DNA of 64,000 nucleotides from Candidatus Acidiferrales bacterium. Its GTDB lineage: Bacteria; Chloroflexota; Dormibacteria; Aeolococcales; Bog-877. Every line of letters begins with the position of its first letter. The first letter of the stretch is position 1. Below the pieces are notes generated by a model, which did not search any database, was not told the origin of the DNA, and worked only from the letters and a program-made list of their open reading frames with translations. The position numbers and the translations under genes were made by a program. The stretch is from assembly GCA_035533655.1 (NCBI GenBank), contig DATLTJ010000093.1, forward strand, positions 1,988 through 65,987. The letters run 5' to 3'. This document shows, piece after piece, positions 50,073 through 59,777 of the stretch.

Positions 50073-50672
50073 GTGGATCATGCAGCAGAAGTGGAGGGGT
50101 CCTCCACCAGAGATCGGATCTTGGAGGCTGCGCTCGACCTCTTCACCGAGCAGGGATTCGACAAGACCTCGCTGCGCGAGGTGGCGGAGCAGGTAGGCGT
50201 TACCAAGGCGGCCCTCTACTACCACTTCGATAGCAAAGACGAGATCCTCTCCTCACTGGTGGAGCGGGCCTACGGGATCGGGCACCACGGCCTCGACGTC
50301 CTGCCCCTCCTCAACGACCCCATTGACTTCGCGGCGGCACTGCAGACCTTCGAGGTGGTCATCGACCAGGTACTCGCGAACCGCAAGATATTCGTGCTGA
50401 TGGAGCGGAACCGCACCGCCATTGATAGCCTCGGCGGCCATGACCCCAAGCACCAGGCGGAGCACCAGAAGCTGGAGCAGCACTGGGCGGAGTTCGTGGC
50501 TAATCCGAAGATCTCGCTCCGTGATCGGGTTCGGGTTGCCGCCGCCCTGGGCGCGGTGATGGCGGGCGCTGTGGGCACCACCCGGGGCCTCGGCTCGGAA
50601 GCCCCGGCGGGGCTGAAGGAAGAGCTGGTTTCCGTGCTCCGTGACGTTCTCGGACTTGGGCAGCCGACCTAG
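50073..50672 (+). CDS. TetR/AcrR family transcriptional regulator
   Basis: N-terminal HTH: [38 protein letters not shown]. Confidence 0.9.
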   Translation: MDHAAEVEGSSTRDRILEAALDLFTEQGFDKTSLREVAEQVGVTKAALYYHFDSKDEILSSLVERAYGIGHHGLDVLPLLNDPIDFAAALQTFEVVIDQVLANRKIFVLMERNRTAIDSLGGHDPKHQAEHQKLEQHWAEFVANPKISLRDRVRVAAALGAVMAGAVGTTRGLGSEAPAGLKEELVSVLRDVLGLGQPT

Positions 50673-50814
50673 CGCCGCTGCCCCCGCATCCGCCGCTCCG
50701 GTCCACGAGGAGGCCGCCAAGGACTATGTGGGGCTCATTTCACCGCCCGAGGCAAGCCTCAGCGCCGAGGTCCAGCCCAGCCCAGCGAATCCTCGGCTCG
50801 TCATAGTGCTCGAG

Positions 50815-51291
50815 ATGAGTCCCGCCGTTTCGCGCTGGCGCCTAGCTGGGGTTGGGATGGGCCTTGTGGCCGCGCTCGCGCTGACCGGCTGCGGGGGGCT
50901 ATCCTCCTTATCCAACCCGACTCTCGTGCCGAGTTCAGATCGTTCGGCCACGATCGCTTTGGAGAGCCTGGCTCCGGCCGTCGGCCGGAGATCGCTAGTA
51001 CTCACCCGTGGACCCCAGCTCACCTCGCTGATCCGGCTGCTCAATCGACTGGAGACCGTCCCCCCGCCTGGGCCCGGGAGCTGTGACCTGAGCACCACCT
51101 CGGTCAAACTCACCTTCCGCCGTCGAGAGGGGATGCCCGAGAACGCTGTGGCGAATCAGGAAATCGGTTGCAGTGACTTCAAGCTTCAAGTTGGGAGCGG
51201 TCAGCTCCTGCTCAAACTGGCGCCGCTAGCTTCGCGGGAACTCTCCCTCCTCCAGCTGACGATGGCGGATCTGCACGGCCCCGGGTCCTAG
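50815..51291 (+). CDS. putative lipoprotein
   Basis: The in-frame ATG at 50815 gives a signal peptide with lipobox LALTGC. No family was recognised. Confidence 0.55.
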   Translation: MSPAVSRWRLAGVGMGLVAALALTGCGGLSSLSNPTLVPSSDRSATIALESLAPAVGRRSLVLTRGPQLTSLIRLLNRLETVPPPGPGSCDLSTTSVKLTFRRREGMPENAVANQEIGCSDFKLQVGSGQLLLKLAPLASRELSLLQLTMADLHGPGS

Positions 51292-51378
51292 CCACAATTA
51301 CGGTCGTTTGCTGAGCTATCCTTCCGATGAGGCTGTTCCGATCAGAACATTGGGTAGCTGATCCGAGTTGGTGTCCCC

Positions 51379-52056
51379 TCAGACGGTGAGCGCGGCGCCG
51401 GTGACCGCCCCCGACTCCTCGCTGCAGAGCCAGGCAATCGTCCGGGCCACCGCCGCGGGGGAGACCGCGCTGCGCATCGCGTCAGCGCTGCGCTCCGCCC
51501 GGTTGGCGGGAGTGTCGATCAAGGTTGGCAGCAGGACGTTGACCCGCACCTGCTCGGGCTTGAGCTCCGCCGCCAGCACCTGGCTGAGCCGCAGCACCGC
51601 CGCCTTGGAGACGGCGTAGGCGGCCGAGCCAGCACCTCCCTCTACCGCCTGCCGGGCTGAGACGTTGACGATTCCGCCACCCCCTCCGGCGGCGATCCGC
51701 CGGGCACCCTCCCGGCAGGACCACCAGCAGCTGTCCAGGTTGAGCCGCAAGAGAAACCGGTAATCCTCCTCGCTGGTCTCCCCAGCCCGGCTGGCGCGGT
51801 ACCCGCCGGTGAGGTTGACCAGCCAGCGCACCCTCTCCCCCCGGCCGTCGATGCGGCCCCAGAGCTGCTCGGTTGGCTCCCGATCAGTGAGGTCAGCCTG
51901 TTCCCAGGTCACCCCGGGGACCGCCCGCTCCAACTGCTCGCGCTCCTCGCGGGGAGAAGCAACTGCGATCACTCGGTCTCCCCGCTCCGCCAGCCGGGTC
52001 GCCACCGCGGGCCCCAGACCTCCACTGGCCCCGCAAACGACCGTCAGCTCTGCCAT
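51379..52056 (-). CDS. SDR family oxidoreductase (short form)
   Basis: 225 aa. Motifs: VCGASGGLGPAV and the catalytic YAVSKAAV. Confidence 0.8.
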   Translation of the reverse strand: MAELTVVCGASGGLGPAVATRLAERGDRVIAVASPREEREQLERAVPGVTWEQADLTDREPTEQLWGRIDGRGERVRWLVNLTGGYRASRAGETSEEDYRFLLRLNLDSCWWSCREGARRIAAGGGGGIVNVSARQAVEGGAGSAAYAVSKAAVLRLSQVLAAELKPEQVRVNVLLPTLIDTPANRAERSADAMRSAVSPAAVARTIAWLCSEESGAVTGAALTV

Positions 52057-52089
52057 CGAAGCTCACCTCCGAGACTGGCCCGATCGGGC

Positions 52090-53769
52090 GTGGACTTCCG
52101 TGCCCCGATGGTACCGGTCAACGGGGAGATGTGGCGGGGTGGGTTCAGATGGGATACTGCATCGGCCGTGGCTGACTTCCAAACGATCGCCGACACGGCG
52201 GTCGACGACCTGCTTGAGCTAGCCCCCGAGGAGGCCACCTCGCTCGGAGACCATCGGTTCGACGACCGGGTCGCGGACCGCAGCCTGGCCGGCGCCGCAG
52301 CTGGGGTGCGCCGGCTACGGACCCGCCAGCGCGAACTGGAGAGTGTCGAGCCAACCGCCCTTGACCCGGAGAGCCGGGTGGACCTGGCCGTGCTGGCCAA
52401 CCAGCTGGAATGGCAGATCTTCAACGACGAGGAGGTTCACGCCCCGAGCTGGAACCCCCTGGTCTACAACCCCGGTGATGGTCTCTTCGCGCTGCTGGTG
52501 CAGCAGACCCAGCCGGCCGAAGTCCGTTTGCGAGGAGTCTGCGGGCGCCTGGAGACGATTCCTGAGGTGGTGGAGCTGGCGCTCCGTCAGCTGGAGAATC
52601 CCCCCCGCGTCCACGTCGAGACCGCCCTTCAGCAGCACCCCGGCGTGGTCAAGTTGGTGCGTCAAGAGGTGGACCAGCTGGCAGGGCAGGTGACCGACCC
52701 CACTCTGCGCGGCAGATTCGCCAAGGCCCAGGAGCGAGCACTCACCGCCTGGGAGAAATTCGGGCGCTACCTGGAAGATACGGTGGAGTCGGCCCACGGC
52801 GATTTCCGGCTCGGGGAGGAGCGCTTCACCAAGAAGCTCCGGCTCGCTCTCCACTCGCCGCTTAGCCCGGAGGAGGTCCTCCGCCGCGCCGATGCCCGCC
52901 TCGAGGCTCTCAATCAGGAGCTGGCGGAAGTGGCCGCCGCCCTGGTTGGGGGCGGCGGCCCGCCGCAGGAGGTGATCCGGCGGGCCCTCGACCAGGTGGC
53001 AGCGGTCCGACCGAACAACGACACGGTGCTGGGCGAGGCCCGCACCGCGCTCGCTCAGCTGACGACGGCGATCGAGTCATCGGGGCTGTTCACGGTTCCG
53101 CAGGACCCCTACGACCTGGTGGTGGTGCCCGAGTTCATGCGCGGCGTCGCGTCCGCATTTTGCATGCCGGCCGGGCCCTTCGAGGAGGGCGCCCACTCCC
53201 AGGTGATGATCGCCCCCACTCCCAACGACTGGTCAGCGGAGCGGGTCCGGTCCTTTTACCGCGAGATCAACTCGGCGATGCTGGTGATGCTGATGGCGCA
53301 CGAGGCCATGCCGGGACATGTGCTCCAGCTGGCGCGGACGCGGGAATTCCGGGGCCCCACCAAGGTCCGGGCAGCGGTCGTCAATGGTCCATTCGCCGAG
53401 GGCTGGGCCTGCCATGCAGAGCGGATCGTGGGGGAGCTCGGGCTGGGCGGCCTGCCGGTGCGACTGCAGCAGATCAAGGTCCAGATCCGGAGCACCATGA
53501 ACGCCATCCTCGACTCATCGATTCACGCCGGGAACATGAGTGAGAAGGAGGCGCTGGCCATGATGATCGACCGGGGCTTCCAGGAGCCGGCCGAGGCGCA
53601 GGAGAAGTGGCGACGGGCCTGCCTCAGCTCGGCCCAGCTCTCCACCTACTTCGTCGGCTACACCGAGCTGCAGGACCTCTTCGATCAACTGGCCCCGATC
53701 ACCTCGTACGACGAGGTGCTGGCCCACGGGTCTCCGCCAACGTCACTCCTGGCGGCCCTGCTCAACTAG
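52090..53769 (+). CDS. DUF885 family protein (putative metallopeptidase fold)
   Basis: 559 aa. The N-terminal PEEATSLGDHRFDDRVADRS and the HEAMPGHVLQ (HExxxGH) motif are characteristic of DUF885 as I recall it. The start is uncertain. Confidence 0.75.
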   Translation: MDFRAPMVPVNGEMWRGGFRWDTASAVADFQTIADTAVDDLLELAPEEATSLGDHRFDDRVADRSLAGAAAGVRRLRTRQRELESVEPTALDPESRVDLAVLANQLEWQIFNDEEVHAPSWNPLVYNPGDGLFALLVQQTQPAEVRLRGVCGRLETIPEVVELALRQLENPPRVHVETALQQHPGVVKLVRQEVDQLAGQVTDPTLRGRFAKAQERALTAWEKFGRYLEDTVESAHGDFRLGEERFTKKLRLALHSPLSPEEVLRRADARLEALNQELAEVAAALVGGGGPPQEVIRRALDQVAAVRPNNDTVLGEARTALAQLTTAIESSGLFTVPQDPYDLVVVPEFMRGVASAFCMPAGPFEEGAHSQVMIAPTPNDWSAERVRSFYREINSAMLVMLMAHEAMPGHVLQLARTREFRGPTKVRAAVVNGPFAEGWACHAERIVGELGLGGLPVRLQQIKVQIRSTMNAILDSSIHAGNMSEKEALAMMIDRGFQEPAEAQEKWRRACLSSAQLSTYFVGYTELQDLFDQLAPITSYDEVLAHGSPPTSLLAALLN

Positions 53770-54102
53770 GACGGGAGGCACGGTTTCAGCCGCGGTGGCG
53801 AAGGTGAGTTCCGCTGAGTCGGTCAGGGTAACCTGGTCGGTGTCTTCGGCTACCGAAGTGGGCGAGCTGGCGTACCTCCTCCCTCCGCTCTAGCCACGGC
53901 CGTAAGCGCATCAGGCGTGGCAATCGAACCGTTGGTCCAAAGAGTCCGCGAGGGTGGTGACCCATCTCGGCAATCGACCGCTCGGAGCGCTGAATTGCGG
54001 CAAGGCGAACCGTTCCTGGTAGTCGCTGATCATGTGGTCCGGCAGAGAGACTAGTGGCGCTGGACTGCTGCGGTGGACTGAAAGCACGGAGGGCTAGTCG
54101 GT

Positions 54103-55041
54103 TTGTCAGACCCTAACGGAATGCTGGAGGCAGGCTCGGACCGCGAGCGGCGGTGGCAGCTGCTAACCGACGAAGTGCGGGCGAGCTTTGCGGACACCCC
54201 ATCTCATCGCCACCGCGCCGTCCTGGACAGCCTGGTGCGTCACCTTCATGACTTTATCCGCGAGGTCGGCCTTACCGATGAGGAGTGGCAGGTGGGCATA
54301 GATTTCCTTACCCGAACTGGTCAGATCACCGATGAGCGCCGACAGGAATTCATCCTGCTCTCGGACGTACTGGGGGCTTCCATGATGACCGTAGGGGTCA
54401 ATGAACCGTCGGACTCCGCCGTTACGGAGTCAACGGTGTTCGGGCCCTTTTTTCTCACCGAGTCGCCGCGGATCGAGCTGGGCGACGATCTGGCCCAAGG
54501 CGCACCCGGGCAGCCGTGCTTTGTCCACGGCTCGGTGCGCGGGCTCACCGGGGAACCGGTGGGTGGCGCCCGGCTGGAGGTTTGGGGGGCTGACGAGGAG
54601 GGCCTTTACGACGTCCAGCACCAGGGGACGCTCACCGCTAATCGCGGCCATCTCTTCGCGGATCAAGGCGGCAAGTTCTCCTTCTGGTCAATCAGGCCGA
54701 CCGCGTATCCAATCCCCACCGACGGACCGGTTGGCGAGCTGCTTCGGATGTCCGGCCGAAGTCCGATGCGACCGGCTCACCTCCACTTCATGGTGTCCTC
54801 GCCGGGATGGCGCACCGTGGTCACTCACCTCTTCGCCGCCGGTGACCGGTACCTCTCCAGCGATGCCGTGTTCGGCGTGAAGCATTCGCTGGTGGTTCCG
54901 TTCATTGAGCACCCCGAGACCGAGCCGCCGCCCAAGCGCATTCTCGATGGGTCCTGGTCGAGCGTCAGCTACGACTTCGTGCTAGCCCGGAGCAGCTCGG
55001 GTCTGGAAGCCGGGTCGGCGGATGGTCCCACTCCACCATGA
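54103..55041 (+). CDS. intradiol ring-cleavage dioxygenase (hydroxyquinol/catechol 1,2-dioxygenase-like)
   Basis: Motifs: TESTVFGPFF, YDVQHQG, RPAHLHFMVSSPGWRTVVTHLF. An alternative ATG start lies at 54121. Confidence 0.85.
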   Translation: MSDPNGMLEAGSDRERRWQLLTDEVRASFADTPSHRHRAVLDSLVRHLHDFIREVGLTDEEWQVGIDFLTRTGQITDERRQEFILLSDVLGASMMTVGVNEPSDSAVTESTVFGPFFLTESPRIELGDDLAQGAPGQPCFVHGSVRGLTGEPVGGARLEVWGADEEGLYDVQHQGTLTANRGHLFADQGGKFSFWSIRPTAYPIPTDGPVGELLRMSGRSPMRPAHLHFMVSSPGWRTVVTHLFAAGDRYLSSDAVFGVKHSLVVPFIEHPETEPPPKRILDGSWSSVSYDFVLARSSSGLEAGSADGPTPP

Positions 55042-55120
55042 GCCAGGAGCCAGGAGCCAGCGCGCGAAGCCGACGGCGCCTGGTTGGCCAGTGCCCTCCG
55101 GCCACCTGCCGAGTTGGGAG

Positions 55121-56725
55121 CTAACCGCTCCTTCGATGGCGGAAACGAGGCAGCTTCCTACCGGTAAGCCCAAAGTGCCGGACTACCAGCGCCGCCGCTC
55201 CTGCCAAAGCCAGGAGAACCAATGCCGCCCAGAGGATCACCCTTCCCGATGGATCGGCCGCGGTCCCGCTGGCTAGGGCCGCATCCGGATGGGCGAAACC
55301 GGGCGCTGCCTGGGCGCCGAAACAGATGACTGGTGGGGAACTGGGTGATCCCGACGGCGAGGGAGAGATGTCCGGCGCGGGCGGAAGGGTGGTGCTCGAT
55401 GGAGCGGCAGTCGGGGCGGTCGGCGGCGTTGAGGCCGGCGCCGCGCCGCTGGCTCCGGAGTTAGCCCCCGCCGCCGGGGGCTGACTGCTGGGGCTGATCT
55501 CCACCGGCCCCACTGGCTCGATGGGGTCGATCATGACCGGGCCGCAGGTTGGGGTCGGCGTCGGGGTTGGCGCGGCGGTGGGGGTCGACGCGGCTGCCAG
55601 CGGGGCGAGGACGAGACTGACCGGCTGTTGCCCTCCGGCGAGGATGACCGGCGAGCTGACGCTGCCCGTCGCGAGATCGACCGATACGAGCTCGCTGGTC
55701 CCGCCGACGGCGGTGCCGTCCAGGTAGGCGGTCGTACCGTCAGCGGTGACCGTGATGTCCCGTGGGGTGAGCCCCTGAGGCAGCGCGATGGTTGCGGAAT
55801 TGAGGGTGGCGGTCGTGGTGTCGACGCGGGCCACCGCTTGCCCATTGGCGTCGGTCACGTAGAGCTCGCTCCCGTCCGGGCTCAGAGCCAGCTGCGCCGG
55901 CTGGCTGGTGGCGGGGAGCGCGACCGGGGGACCGCTGACCTTGCCCGTGGCTGGGTCGATCACCACCACCGCGGGTCCGGAGGTGGGGCTGGATATCACG
56001 TAGAGAGCGGTGCCGTCCGCGGACATCGCCATGGCTCCCGGATCACTGACCGGGATGGGGTTCGGGTTCACCGTGTCGGTGGCCGTGGAGACGACGGTGA
56101 CGGAGTTGCTCAGGCTTCCTCCGTCGACGAAGAGCGAGCTGCCGTCGGGTGAGATGGCCAGGTTGAGCGCGGGCCCGGTCACCATCGGCGAACCGACCAG
56201 GGAGTGTTCGATGGTGTCCACCTCCACCACCTGACCCAAGCCCGACTCCGCGACGTAGAGGTCTTGGCCGTTGGGGGTGACCACCATCCCCGCCGGGGAG
56301 CTGGTGGACCCAAGGTCGATCGGTGCACCCAGATAAGTGTCCGAGGCGGTGGCCATGATGCCGATGCTGCCGTCCTTGAACGCGACGTAGACGGTCGAGC
56401 CGTCGGGGCTGATCGCGAGACTCTGAATGCCACCGGACACCGGGGCCGGAACCGGCGTCACGGAGCCGGCGCTGGGGTCGTTCACGTAGATCGTGCCGGA
56501 GGGGCCGTCTGCCACCAGGATCTGGTAGCTGGTCGTGGTCGCCGCCAGGGATACGAGGCTCCCCCCAAGGACGGAGGCGCCGAGCGCGCCCCCCATCGCG
56601 ATGACACCGAGCAGGAACTGACGGAGGCTCCGGGACCCGGTTGAGGGCCGGGATGGCCTCCCCACGGCGGGGCGCTCGGTCACAGGGTGTATTCCATGTC
56701 GGAATGAGAGACGCGTCGACCCCAC
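55121..56725 (-). CDS. secreted YVTN-type beta-propeller repeat protein with Pro/Thr/Ala-rich stalk and C-terminal TM anchor
   Basis: Repeated ..SPDGS.(V/L)Y(V/A).. units occur (ISPDGSTVYVA, VTPNGQDLYVAE, ISPDGSSLFVD, MSADGTALYVIS, LSPDGSELYVTD, VTADGTTAYLD). An N-terminal hydrophobic signal is present. The C terminus has PTPTPTPT and PSSPP-rich linkers, then ILWAALVLLALAGAAALVV followed by basic residues. Confidence 0.75.
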   Translation of the reverse strand: MGSTRLSFRHGIHPVTERPAVGRPSRPSTGSRSLRQFLLGVIAMGGALGASVLGGSLVSLAATTTSYQILVADGPSGTIYVNDPSAGSVTPVPAPVSGGIQSLAISPDGSTVYVAFKDGSIGIMATASDTYLGAPIDLGSTSSPAGMVVTPNGQDLYVAESGLGQVVEVDTIEHSLVGSPMVTGPALNLAISPDGSSLFVDGGSLSNSVTVVSTATDTVNPNPIPVSDPGAMAMSADGTALYVISSPTSGPAVVVIDPATGKVSGPPVALPATSQPAQLALSPDGSELYVTDANGQAVARVDTTTATLNSATIALPQGLTPRDITVTADGTTAYLDGTAVGGTSELVSVDLATGSVSSPVILAGGQQPVSLVLAPLAAASTPTAAPTPTPTPTCGPVMIDPIEPVGPVEISPSSQPPAAGANSGASGAAPASTPPTAPTAAPSSTTLPPAPDISPSPSGSPSSPPVICFGAQAAPGFAHPDAALASGTAADPSGRVILWAALVLLALAGAAALVVRHFGLTGRKLPRFRHRRSG

Positions 56726-56772
56726 GATTGGTTCCCTGAACCGTCAGAGGAGCTGGCCGGTCCCCGCTCCGC

Positions 56773-57219
56773 CTAGCTCCGGAGGGTCTCCTCGATCGCG
56801 TCACCCCAGCTCTCGAGGAATTTCGCCAGGATCTCCAGCTCCGCTGTCCGGTAGCCCGCCAGCACCGTGGTCACGCGTGCCTGGAGTGGTCCGAAGGCCT
56901 CCTGAGAAGGCCTGCCAATCTCTTCAGTTACCTGGACCACGATGCTCCGGCGGTCCCGGGGGTTGAGCTCCCGCCGGACATAGCCCGCCCGCTCCAGCCG
57001 ATCGAGGGCAATGGTCATCCCGCCGCTGCTGATTCCGGCCGCCCGGGCCAAGGCACCGGCGGTGAGTGGCCCTTGGCTGGCCAGCAGATCCAACAGGCGG
57101 AGGTCGGTGCGATTGACCCCGAAGATGAGGGCCGCCCGCTGGTCCAGGCCATCGACCGCGGTGGTGGCCCGCCGGAGCCGCGAGTCCACCAGCTGGACCA
57201 GCGCTTGCTTACTTGACAA
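56773..57219 (-). CDS. MarR family transcriptional regulator
   Basis: 148 aa with a winged HTH: LRLLDLLASQGPLTAGALARAAGISSGGMTIALDRLERAGYVRR. TTG start. Confidence 0.9.
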   Translation of the reverse strand: MSSKQALVQLVDSRLRRATTAVDGLDQRAALIFGVNRTDLRLLDLLASQGPLTAGALARAAGISSGGMTIALDRLERAGYVRRELNPRDRRSIVVQVTEEIGRPSQEAFGPLQARVTTVLAGYRTAELEILAKFLESWGDAIEETLRS

Positions 57220-57234
57220 CCTGATTGAGCCTCC

Positions 57235-57257
57235 AGTATCTTGACCATTAAGATACT
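57235..57257. promoter_or_regulatory. inverted repeat in MarR/membrane-protein divergent spacer (candidate MarR operator)
   Basis: AGTATCTT-N7-AAGATACT has perfect 8-bp arms. It lies in an AT-richer 60-nt spacer, 16-38 nt upstream of the marR start. Confidence 0.45.
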
Positions 57258-57281
57258 TTGAATGTGAGGCAATTATAGAGC

Positions 57282-57773
57282 GTGGCTAGCCGCGAGCCCA
57301 GGTCGAACGGGCCGGTCGAGATCCGACGGCTTTCCCTCTTGCTGATCGGGCTCACTCTCGTCCAATACCTGTTGGGCATGGTGCTCAACCTCTTCGTGGT
57401 AATCTCCCGACAGCACCCGGGCGCCTCCGGCAGCGACTACTTTGTTAGGGCTTACCAGAGCATGGTCTGGGGCCTCACCCACGGTGGTGTGCTGGCCTTC
57501 CACATCGGTCTCGGAATCGTGCTCCTGCTGGGTTCTATCCGCTTGGCGGTGGCCACCTGGGCGGTTGCTCAGCCACGGGTCCGGACCGTCGGAGTCGCGG
57601 GCTCACTGGCGATCTTGGCGGCCGCCTTCAACGGGGCCTCCTTCCTCAACTACAACGAGGATGTGAATTCGATGCTGATGGCGGCATTCTTCGCGATCGC
57701 TCTCTTCTGCTTCGCTTGGACTCTCTTCCGCGCCACTACCGCCGCCCCCGAACCGCAGCACTCAGCTGGCTGA
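57282..57773 (+). CDS. hypothetical 4-TM membrane protein
   Basis: 163 aa with four hydrophobic helices, divergent from marR. No family was recognised. Confidence 0.6.
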   Translation: MASREPRSNGPVEIRRLSLLLIGLTLVQYLLGMVLNLFVVISRQHPGASGSDYFVRAYQSMVWGLTHGGVLAFHIGLGIVLLLGSIRLAVATWAVAQPRVRTVGVAGSLAILAAAFNGASFLNYNEDVNSMLMAAFFAIALFCFAWTLFRATTAAPEPQHSAG

Positions 57774-57784
57774 CGGCTGGCCGG

Positions 57785-58579
57785 CTAGCCTGGCGGCGGC
57801 TCCCACGCCACCGTGACGATCGTGGGGACCTCGAGTGGCCAGCGGTCGCCGAGCTCCGCCTCCACCTCCGGGTCTCGGTCTTTGGTGAGGCAGAGCCGTC
57901 TCCGGGCAAAGGCAACGTAGTCGGAGCGAGTCATGCTGGGTGGCTGGCGGGGGCGCACGAAGGACTCCTCGATCGGGTCGTACCCCAGCTCCCGGACCAC
58001 CTCCAGGAAGAGCTGCGCGCTCGGCTCCGCAGGCCGGGGGAGCTGCCAGAATCGCTGCCAGAGCGGATTGAAGGGGGAGGTGGGATGAGTGTCGGTCAGC
58101 TCCACCACCACCAGTCGGCGGGAGTGGTCGGTAAGCGCCTGAAGAAAGGAACCGATCTCGGCCACGTTGTAGACGACGTGGTGGCAGACCACCACGTCCA
58201 TTGGCTCCACCTCCGCAGAGACGTCCGGCCACCGGCCCTCTACCTCCGCGTGCCGCACCTCGGCAGCGGCGCAGGCCCGGGCGAAGTTGCTGAGCATCGC
58301 GGACCGCTCGTCCACGCCCGTGATCTGGACGGCCTGGGGAATGAGTGGCACGCTGGCTCCGCCGCCACCGCAGCCCACGTCGAGGACGGAGCCCCCGGTA
58401 CCCAATGCGGACCGCGCCCGGCGAAGGGAGGGCCGCTGGTCCTGCCGGTCGGACTCCTCAACTTTGAAGAACTCGGGCGGCAATAGCCACGGCGATTCGG
58501 GGGCCAGGGCTTGGATCCGCTCCGGAATCGCCCACTCCGCGAGGGCCAGTGCCCATCTCTCGGTGGCGGGCCGGGTCAC
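57785..58579 (-). CDS. class I SAM-dependent methyltransferase
   Basis: Motif I VLDVGCGGGGASV, plus a downstream acidic motif (ITGVDERS). Confidence 0.8.
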   Translation of the reverse strand: MTRPATERWALALAEWAIPERIQALAPESPWLLPPEFFKVEESDRQDQRPSLRRARSALGTGGSVLDVGCGGGGASVPLIPQAVQITGVDERSAMLSNFARACAAAEVRHAEVEGRWPDVSAEVEPMDVVVCHHVVYNVAEIGSFLQALTDHSRRLVVVELTDTHPTSPFNPLWQRFWQLPRPAEPSAQLFLEVVRELGYDPIEESFVRPRQPPSMTRSDYVAFARRRLCLTKDRDPEVEAELGDRWPLEVPTIVTVAWEPPPG

Positions 58580-59023
58580 TGGCAGGCTCGGCTGTCGAGG
58601 TTTCCGGTCACCAACACCTCCACTCGGTCGAACTCGACATGGGTCCCCCTAGGTGTGATTCGGATATCGCTAGCCGAACCCTGAGCATGTTCGCACCAGA
58701 TGATCGCACGATCAACCGGAACTCAGATCGGGCGGTGGAGGCTGCGTGAGCACCTGGCGACGGCATTGGAAGTGGTGGCTGGGCGGAGCCATGGCCATGG
58801 TGCGGTGCGCCACCGTGATCGGACCATTTGCCTTCCTGCAGGTGATCGAGAGCCCGGCACCCCGCCGCTCGCGATCCACCGGTCCCACCACACACCGACT
58901 AACTCACCCAACTCGTCGGCTGCCTTCGCCGGCGGAAGCTACCCCTCGGTGTCAATGTGGAGCGAGACAGGTCTGGAGCGTTAATGACTGGCCAAGAGAG
59001 GGCGACAAGGAGTCAAGGCCAAC

Positions 59024-59580
59024 ATGGTTATCGGTGCCCTCGAAAGCGAGGCAATTGGATCCAGGAACTCCACGTTGGAAAACAATCCGGAAGTTCCCGA
59101 GCGGGCCAGGGTTAGAACCTAGAGCGCGGCCTACAAGCTGAGGGTCCGGGAGGACTACGACGGGTGGGACAAGGCCGGCAAGTCAGCGCTGTTGCGCAGA
59201 GAAGGGCGGTACCGCTCTCTGCTCAGCCAGGGGCGCCAGCAACGGGACCGGGGCGCCATCACCGCCCTCACCCAGAGGGTGGGCCGGCCGGGAGAGAATC
59301 CGCGAGATCGAGAGTTGGCTCGATTGCGCAAGGAGAAGGCCCGTCTGGTGCAGGAGCTGGACCGAGCCAGGAGGGTCATGGAGAGCCGGGGAAAACTCGC
59401 CGCGCTCTTGGAGGGACTCGCCCCCGAGAGCGCAGCGGAGAAGAGCGAGCCAACCTCATGACTGACCAGACCACCGCCGAGCTGATGCCGCCTGGCAGGC
59501 ACCCTGGGTGCCTGCCAGGCGGCGGGCCGAGCCCGCGCCACTTGCTACCGGCACCGCCAGCCGGGAATTGATCGGCGTTT
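59024..59580 (+). mobile_element. IS3-family insertion sequence remnant (orfA with in-frame stop, only the first ~25 codons of orfB)
   Basis: ATG 59024 has an AAGGAG RBS. An in-frame TAG lies at 59120-59122. The sequence then reads SAAYKLRVREDYD..ALLRREGRYRSLLSQGRQQRD..ELARLRKEKARLVQELDRARRVMESRGKLAALLE, typical of IS3-type OrfA. The next frame reads LAGTLGACQAAGRARATCYRHRQPG, a typical OrfB N terminus. Homology then ends, with no DDE domain and no terminal inverted repeats identified. Confidence 0.6.
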
Positions 59581-59777
59581 AGATCCCTGCGGCGGCCCCG
59601 GAGAACCGGGTCCGGCGCTGCCTCCTCGGCGGCCAGGTGCCTGGGCGCCCAACTGGGCGGTGGCTCTGCCACAGCCCTCGGTGCTTATCACTCCCCCACG
59701 GATCACGATGGGTCACCAGGAGAGTCAGGTAGGCACCAGCCACCGCGAGGCGACAGTCCCAGGGCCCAGCGCCGAGC

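Noticed and set aside
53770-54102. A possible regulator remnant on the minus strand upstream of the dioxygenase gene (reads ..LPDHMISDYQERFALPQFSAPSGRLPRWVTTLADSLDQRFDCHA-stop).
   Set aside because: It is too short and carries no diagnostic LysR/IclR motif, so a call cannot be supported.
55121-55330. A PGF motif (AAPGFAHP) and C-terminal TM helix in the beta-propeller protein, considered as a PGF-CTERM or LPXTG-type sorting signal.
   Set aside because: The PGF lies ~18 residues before the helix rather than at its start. There is no LPXTG. PGF-CTERM is an archaeal signal. It is treated as a plain tail anchor.
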